DNA of 64,000 nucleotides from Eledone cirrhosa (taxonomy: Eukaryota): NCBI GenBank assembly GCA_964016885.1, contig CAXHJY010000046.1:62001-126000 (forward strand), given 5' to 3'. Both the position numbers and the translations under genes were made by a program. The notes beneath the pieces are model-generated. The model did not search any database, had not been told where the DNA came from, and was given only the letters and a program-made list of their open reading frames with translations. Of this stretch, positions 56,201 through 64,000 are shown piece after piece. How positions within the stretch are numbered: the stretch's first letter is position 1; each line of letters starts with the position of its first letter.

Positions 56201-59200
56201 TCTCTAATGATACTGCCAATTATGGTCTTAGACTCTCTAATGATACTGCCAATCATGGTCTAGAGACTCTCTAATGATACTGCCAATCATGGTCTTAGAC
56301 TCTCTAATTGTACTGCCAATCATGGTCTCAGACTCTCTAATGGTACTGCCAGTATGGTCTCAGACTCTCTAATGATACTGCCAATCATAGTCTCAGACTC
56401 TCTAATGATATATGCCAATCATGGTCTCTGACTCTCTAATGATAATGCCAATCATGGTCTCAGACTCTCTAATGATCCTGCAAATCATGGTCTCAGACTC
56501 TCTAATGATACTGCCAATCATGGTCTCAGACTCTCTAATGGTACTGCCGGTCATAGTCTAGAGACTCTCTAATGATACTGCCAATCATGGCCTTAGACTC
56601 TCTAATGATACTGCCAATCATGGTCTCAGATTCTCTAATGGTGCAGAAAATCATGGTCTAGAGACTCTCTAATGATACTGCCAAACATGGTCTTAGACTC
56701 TCTAATGATACTGCCAATCATGGTCTCAGACTCTCTAATGGTACTGCCAATCATGGTCTAGAGAGTCTCTAATGATACTGCCAATCATGGTCTTAGACTC
56801 TCTAATGATACTGCCAATCATGGTCTCAGACTCTCTAATGATGCTGCCAATCATGGTCTCAGACTCTCTAATGGTACTGCAAATCATGGTATCAGACTCT
56901 CTAATGATACTACAAATCATGGTCTCAGACTCTCTAATGATACGGCCAATGATCGTCTCAGCTCTCTAATGGTACTGCCAATCATGGTCTCAGACTCTCT
57001 AATGATACTGCCAATCATGGTCTCAGACTCTCTAATGATACTGCCAATCATGGTCTCAGACTCTCTAATGATACTGCCAATCATGGTCTAGAGACTCTCT
57101 AATGATACTGCCAATATGGTCTCAGACTCTCTAATAATACTGCCAATCATGGTCTTAGACTCTCTAATGATACTGCCAATCATGGTCTCAGACTCTTTAA
57201 TGGTACTAGCAATCATGGCCTAGAGACTCTCTAATGATACTGCCAATTATGGTCTTAGACTCTCTAATGATACTGCCAATCATGGTCTCAGACTCTCTAA
57301 TGGTACTGCCAATCATGGTCTGAGACTCTCTAATGGTACTGCCAATATGGTCTCATACTCTCTCATGATACTGCCAATTATGGTCTCAGACTCTCTACTG
57401 ATACTGCCAATTATGGTCTCAGACTCTCTAATGGTACTGCAAATCATGGTATCAGACTCTCTAATGGTACTGCAAATCATGATATCAGACTCTCTAATGA
57501 TACTACCAAACATGGTCTCAGACTTTCTAATGATACTGCCAATGATCGTGTCAGACTCTCTAATGGTACTGCCAATCATTGTCTCAGACTCTCTAATGAT
57601 ACTGCCAATCATGGTCTCAGACTCTCTAATGATACAGGCAATCATGGTCTAGAGACTCTGTAATGATACTGCCAATCATGGTCTCAGACTCTCTAATGAT
57701 ACTGCCAATCATGGTGTTAGACTCTCTAATGATACTGCCAATCATGGTCTCAGACTCTCTAATGATACTGCCAATCATGGGCTCAGACTCTCTAATGGTA
57801 CTGCCAATCCTGATCTCAGACTCTCTAATGATGCTGCCAATAATGGTCTCAGACTCTCTAATGATACTGCCAATCATGGTCTTAGACTCTCTAATGATAT
57901 ATGCCAATCATGGTCTCAGACTCTCTAATGGTACTGCCAATCATGATCTCAGACTCTCTAATGATACTGCCAATCATGGTCTCAGACTCTCTAATTATAC
58001 TGCCAATCATGGTCTCAGACTCTCTAATGATACTGCCAATCTTGGTCTAGAGACTCTCTAATGATACTGCCAATCATGGTCTTAGACTCGCTATAGATAC
58101 TGCCAATCATGGACTCAGACTCTCTAATGATACTGCCAATCATGGTCTCAGACTCTCTAATGATACTGCCAATTATGGTCTTAGACTCTCTAATGATACT
58201 GCCAATCATGGTCTAGAGACTCTCTAATGATACTGCCAATCATGGTCTTAGACTCTCTAATTGTACTGCCAATCATGGTCTCAGACTCTCTAATGGTACT
58301 GCCAGTATGGTCTCAGACTCTCTAATGATACTGCCAATCATAGTCTCAGACTCTCTAATGATATATGCCAATCATGGTCTCTGACTCTCTAATGATAATG
58401 CCAATCATGGTCTCAGACTCTCTAAAGGTACTGCAAATCATGGTCTCAGACTCTCTAATGATACTACCAATCATGGTCTCAGACTCTCTAATGATACTGC
58501 CATAGATCGTCTCAGACTCTCTAATGGTACTGCCAATCATGGTCTCAGCCTCTCTAATGATACTGCCAATCATGGTCTCAGACTCTGTAATGATACTGCC
58601 AATCATGGTCTCAGACTCTCTAATGGTACTGCCGGTCATAGTCTAGAGACTCTCTAATGATACTGCCAATCATGGTCTTAGACTCTCTAATGATACTGCA
58701 AATCATGTTCTCAGACTCTCTAATGGTGCAGAAAATCATGGTCTAGAGACTCTCTAATGATACTGCCAATCATGGTCTTAGACTCTCTAATGATACTGCC
58801 AATCATGGTCTCAGACTCTCTAATGGTACTGCCAATCATGGTCTAGAGACTCTCTAATGATACTGCCAAACATGGTCTTAGACTCTCTAATGGTACTGCC
58901 AATCATGGTCTCAGCCTCTCTAATGATACTGCCAATCATGGTCTCAGACTCTCTAATGATACTGCCAATCATGGTCTCAGACTCTCTAATGGTACTGCCG
59001 GTCATAGTCTAGAGACTCTCTAATGATACTGCCAATCATGGTCTCAGCCTCTCTAATGATACTGCCAATCATGGTCTTAGACTCTCTAATGATACTGCCA
59101 ATCATGGTCTCAGGCTCTCTAATGGTACTGCCAATCATGGTCTAGAGAGTCTCTAATGATACTGCCAATCATGGTCTTAGACTCTCTAATGTTACTGCCA

Positions 59201-62200
59201 ATCATGGTCTCAGACTCTCTAATGATACTGCAAATCATGGTATCAGACCCTCTAATGGTAATGCAAATCATGGTATCTGACTCTCTAATGATACTACCAA
59301 TCATGGTCTCAGACTCTCTAATGATACTGCCAATGATCGTCTCATACTCTCTAATGATACTGCCAATGATCGTCTCATACTCTCTAATGGTACTGCCAAT
59401 CATGGTCTCAGACTCTCTAATGATACTGCCAATCATGGTCTCAGACTCTCTAATGGTACTGCCGGTCATAGTCTAGAGACTCTCTAATGATACTGCCAAT
59501 CATGGCCTTAGACTCTCTAATGATACTGCCAATCATGGTCTCAGATTCTCTAATGGTGCAGAAAATCATGGTCTAGAGACTCTCTAATGATACTGCCAAA
59601 CATGGTCTTAGACTCTCTAATGATACTGCCAATCATGGTCTCAGACTCTCTAATGGTACTGCCAATCATGGTCTAGAGAGTCTCTAATGATACTGCCAAT
59701 CATGGTCTTAGACTCTCTAATGATACTGCCAATCATGGTCTCAGACTCTCTAATGATGCTGCCAATCATGGTCTCAGACTCTCTAATGGTACTGCAAATC
59801 ATGGTATCAGACTCTCTAATGATACTACAAATCATGGTCTCAGACTCTCTAATGATACGGCCAATGATCGTCTCAGCTCTCTAATGGTACTGCCAATCAT
59901 GGTCTCAGACTCTCTAATGATACTGCCAATCATGGTCTCAGACTCTCTAATGATACTGCCAATCATGGTCTCAGACTCTCTAATGATACTGCCAATCATG
60001 GTCTAGAGACTCTCTAATGATACTGCCAATATGGTCTCAGACTCTCTAATAATACTGCCAATCATGGTCTTAGACTCTCTAATGATACTGCCAATCATGG
60101 TCTCAGACTCTTTAATGGTACTAGCAATCATGGCCTAGAGACTCTCTAATGATACTGCCAATTATGGTCTTAGACTCTCTAATGATACTGCCAATCATGG
60201 TCTCAGACTCTCTAATGGTACTGCCAATCATGGTCTGAGACTCTCTAATGGTACTGCCAATATGGTCTCATACTCTCTCATGATACTGCCAATTATGGTC
60301 TCAGACTCTCTACTGATACTGCCAATTATGGTCTCAGACTCTCTAATGGTACTGCAAATCATGGTATCAGACTCTCTAATGGTACTGCAAATCATGATAT
60401 CAGACTCTCTAATGATACTACCAAACATGGTCTCAGACTTTCTAATGATACTGCCAATGATCGTGTCAGACTCTCTAATGGTACTGCCAATCATTGTCTC
60501 AGACTCTCTAATGATACTGCCAATCATGGTCTCAGACTCTCTAATGATACAGGCAATCATGGTCTAGAGACTCTGTAATGATACTGCCAATCATGGTCTC
60601 AGACTCTCTAATGATACTGCCAATCATGGTGTTAGACTCTCTAATGATACTGCCAATCATGGTCTCAGACTCTCTAATGATACTGCCAATCATGGGCTCA
60701 GACTCTCTAATGGTACTGCCAATCCTGATCTCAGACTCTCTAATGATGCTGCCAATAATGGTCTCAGACTCTCTAATGATACTGCCAATCATGGTCTTAG
60801 ACTCTCTAATGATATATGCCAATCATGGTCTCAGACTCTCTAATGGTACTGCCAATCATGATCTCAGACTCTCTAATGATACTGCCAATCATGGTCTCAG
60901 ACTCTCTAATTATACTGCCAATCATGGTCTCAGACTCTCTAATGATACTGCCAATCTTGGTCTAGAGACTCTCTAATGATACTGCCAATCATGGTCTTAG
61001 ACTAGCTATAGATACTGCCAATCATGGTCTCAAACTCTCTAATGGTACGGGCAATCATGGTCTAGAGACTCTCTAATGATACTGCCAATCATGGTCTTAG
61101 ACTCGCTATAGATACTGCCAATCATGGTCTCAGACTCTCTAATGATACTGCCAATCATGGTCTCAGACTCTCTAATGATACTGCCAATTATGGTCTTAGA
61201 CTCTCTAATGATACTGCCAATCATGGTCTAGAGACTCTCTAATGATACTGCCAATCATGGTCTTAGACTCTCTAATTGTACTGCCAATCATGGTCTCAGA
61301 CTCTCTAATGGTACTGCCAGTATGGTCTCAGACTCTCTAATGATACTGCCAATCATAGTCTCAGACTCTCTAATGATATATGCCAATCATGGTCTCTGAC
61401 TCTCTAATGATAATGCCAATCATGGTCTCAGACTCTCTAATGATCCTGCAAATCATGGTCTCAGACTCTCTAATGATACTGCCAATCATGGTCTCAGACT
61501 CTCTAATGGTACTGCCGGTCATAGTCTAGAGACTCTCTAATGATACTGCCAATCATGGCCTTAGACTCTCTAATGATACTGCCAATCATGGTCTCAGATT
61601 CTCTAATGGTGCAGAAAATCATGGTCTAGAGACTCTCTAATGATACTGCCAAACATGGTCTTAGACTCTCTAATGATACTGCCAATCATGGTCTCAGACT
61701 CTCTAATGGTACTGCCAATCATGGTCTAGAGAGTCTCTAATGATACTGCCAATCATGGTCTTAGACTCTCTAATGATACTGCCAATCATGGTCTCAGACT
61801 CTCTAATGATGCTGCCAATCATGGTCTCAGACTCTCTAATGGTACTGCAAATCATGGTATCAGACTCTCTAATGATACTACAAATCATGGTCTCAGACTC
61901 TCTAATGATACGGCCAATGATCGTCTCAGCTCTCTAATGGTACTGCCAATCATGGTCTCAGACTCTCTAATGATACTGCCAATCATGGTCTCAGACTCTC
62001 TAATGATACTGCCAATCATGGTCTCAGACTCTCTAATGATACTGCCAATCATGGTCTAGAGACTCTCTAATGATACTGCCAATATGGTCTCAGACTCTCT
62101 AATAATACTGCCAATCATGGTCTTAGACTCTCTAATGATACTGCCAATCATGGTCTCAGACTCTTTAATGGTACTAGCAATCATGGCCTAGAGACTCTCT

Positions 62201-64000
62201 AATGATACTGCCAATTATGGTCTTAGACTCTCTAATGATACTGCCAATCATGGTCTCAGACTCTCTAATGGTACTGCCAATCATGGTCTGAGACTCTCTA
62301 ATGGTACTGCCAATATGGTCTCATACTCTCTCATGATACTGCCAATTATGGTCTCAGACTCTCTACTGATACTGCCAATTATGGTCTCAGACTCTCTAAT
62401 GGTACTGCAAATCATGGTATCAGACTCTCTAATGGTACTGCAAATCATGATATCAGACTCTCTAATGATACTACCAAACATGGTCTCAGACTTTCTAATG
62501 ATACTGCCAATGATCGTGTCAGACTCTCTAATGGTACTGCCAATCATTGTCTCAGACTCTCTAATGATACTGCCAATCATGGTCTCAGACTCTCTAATGA
62601 TACAGGCAATCATGGTCTAGAGACTCTGTAATGATACTGCCAATCATGGTCTCAGACTCTCTAATGATACTGCCAATCATGGTGTTAGACTCTCTAATGA
62701 TACTGCCAATCATGGTCTCAGACTCTCTAATGATACTGCCAATCATGGGCTCAGACTCTCTAATGGTACTGCCAATCCTGATCTCAGACTCTCTAATGAT
62801 GCTGCCAATAATGGTCTCAGACTCTCTAATGATACTGCCAATCATGGTCTTAGACTCTCTAATGATATATGCCAATCATGGTCTCAGACTCTCTAATGGT
62901 ACTGCCAATCATGATCTCAGACTCTCTAATGATACTGCCAATCATGGTCTCAGACTCTCTAATTATACTGCCAATCATGGTCTCAGACTCTCTAATGATA
63001 CTGCCAATCTTGGTCTAGAGACTCTCTAATGATACTGCCAATCATGGTCTTAGACTAGCTATAGATACTGCCAATCATGGTCTCAAACTCTCTAATGGTA
63101 CGGGCAATCATGGTCTAGAGACTCTCTAATGATACTGCCAATCATGGTCTTAGACTCGCTATAGATACTGCCAATCATGGTCTCAGACTCTCTAATGATA
63201 CTGCCAATCATGGTCTCAGACTCTCTAATGATACTGCCAATTATGGTCTTAGACTCTCTAATGATACTGCCAATCATGGTCTAGAGACTCTCTAATGATA
63301 CTGCCAATCATGGTCTTAGACTCTCTAATTGTACTGCCAATCATGGTCTCAGACTCTCTAATGGTACTGCCAGTATGGTCTCAGACTCTCTAATGATACT
63401 GCCAATCATAGTCTCAGACTCTCTAATGATATATGCCAATCATGGTCTCTGACTCTCTAATGATAATGCCAATCATGGTCTCAGACTCTCTAAAGGTACT
63501 GCAAATCATGGTCTCAGACTCTCTAATGATACTACCAATCATGGTCTCAGACTCTCTAATGATACTGCCATAGATCGTCTCAGACTCTCTAATGGTACTG
63601 CCAATCATGGTCTCAGCCTCTCTAATGATACTGCCAATCATGGTCTCAGACTCTGTAATGATACTGCCAATCATGGTCTCAGACTCTCTAATGGTACTGC
63701 CGGTCATAGTCTAGAGACTCTCTAATGATACTGCCAATCATGGTCTTAGACTCTCTAATGATACTGCAAATCATGTTCTCAGACTCTCTAATGGTGCAGA
63801 AAATCATGGTCTAGAGACTCTCTAATGATACTGCCAATCATGGTCTTAGACTCTCTAATGATACTGCCAATCATGGTCTCAGACTCTCTAATGGTACTGC
63901 CAATCATGGTCTAGAGACTCTCTAATGATACTGCCAAACATGGTCTTAGACTCTCTAATGGTACTGCCAATCATGGTCTCAGCCTCTCTAATGATACTGC
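35255..64000. repeat. 33-bp satellite array (CATGGTCTCAGACTCTCTAATG(A/G)TACTGCCAAT), roughly 870 monomers in the window, open at the right edge, with higher-order structure
   Basis: Continuous tandem array with 32- and 34-bp variants. Variant patterns recur at fixed offsets in the ORF track. Confidence 0.98.

Noticed and set aside
35255-64000. CRISPR array or repeat-protein gene (MILPIMVSDSL, IRESETMIGSI and NDTANHGLRLS ORFs)
   Set aside because: There are no unique spacers and no cas genes. The ORFs arise because 33 is a multiple of 3, and they are repeatedly broken by 32- and 34-bp variants.

Overview
AT-rich, microsatellite-dense animal genomic DNA with no recognisable host exon; the SINE and microsatellite profile suggests a cephalopod (Octopus-like), which is an inference. 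Bases 1-35,250 are a mosaic of retroelement relics: RTE and CR1-group LINE fragments, a Penelope-type GIY-YIG endonuclease relic, at least six copies of one tRNA-type SINE, and a Helitron 3' end. About ten short fold-back (inverted-repeat) elements sit in or next to (TA)n tracts, and most carry type I hammerhead ribozyme motifs, including U3-A8 compensatory variants. From 35,255 to the window end there is a 33-bp satellite of at least 28.7 kb with nested higher-order periods (about 100 bp, 2,053 bp and 4,968 bp). Its monomer matches the 5' A-box head of the local SINE, and the array starts directly out of a truncated copy of that SINE in the same orientation. Nearly all ORFs in the supplied track are microsatellite or satellite read-through. 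All coordinates and alignments were made by eye.
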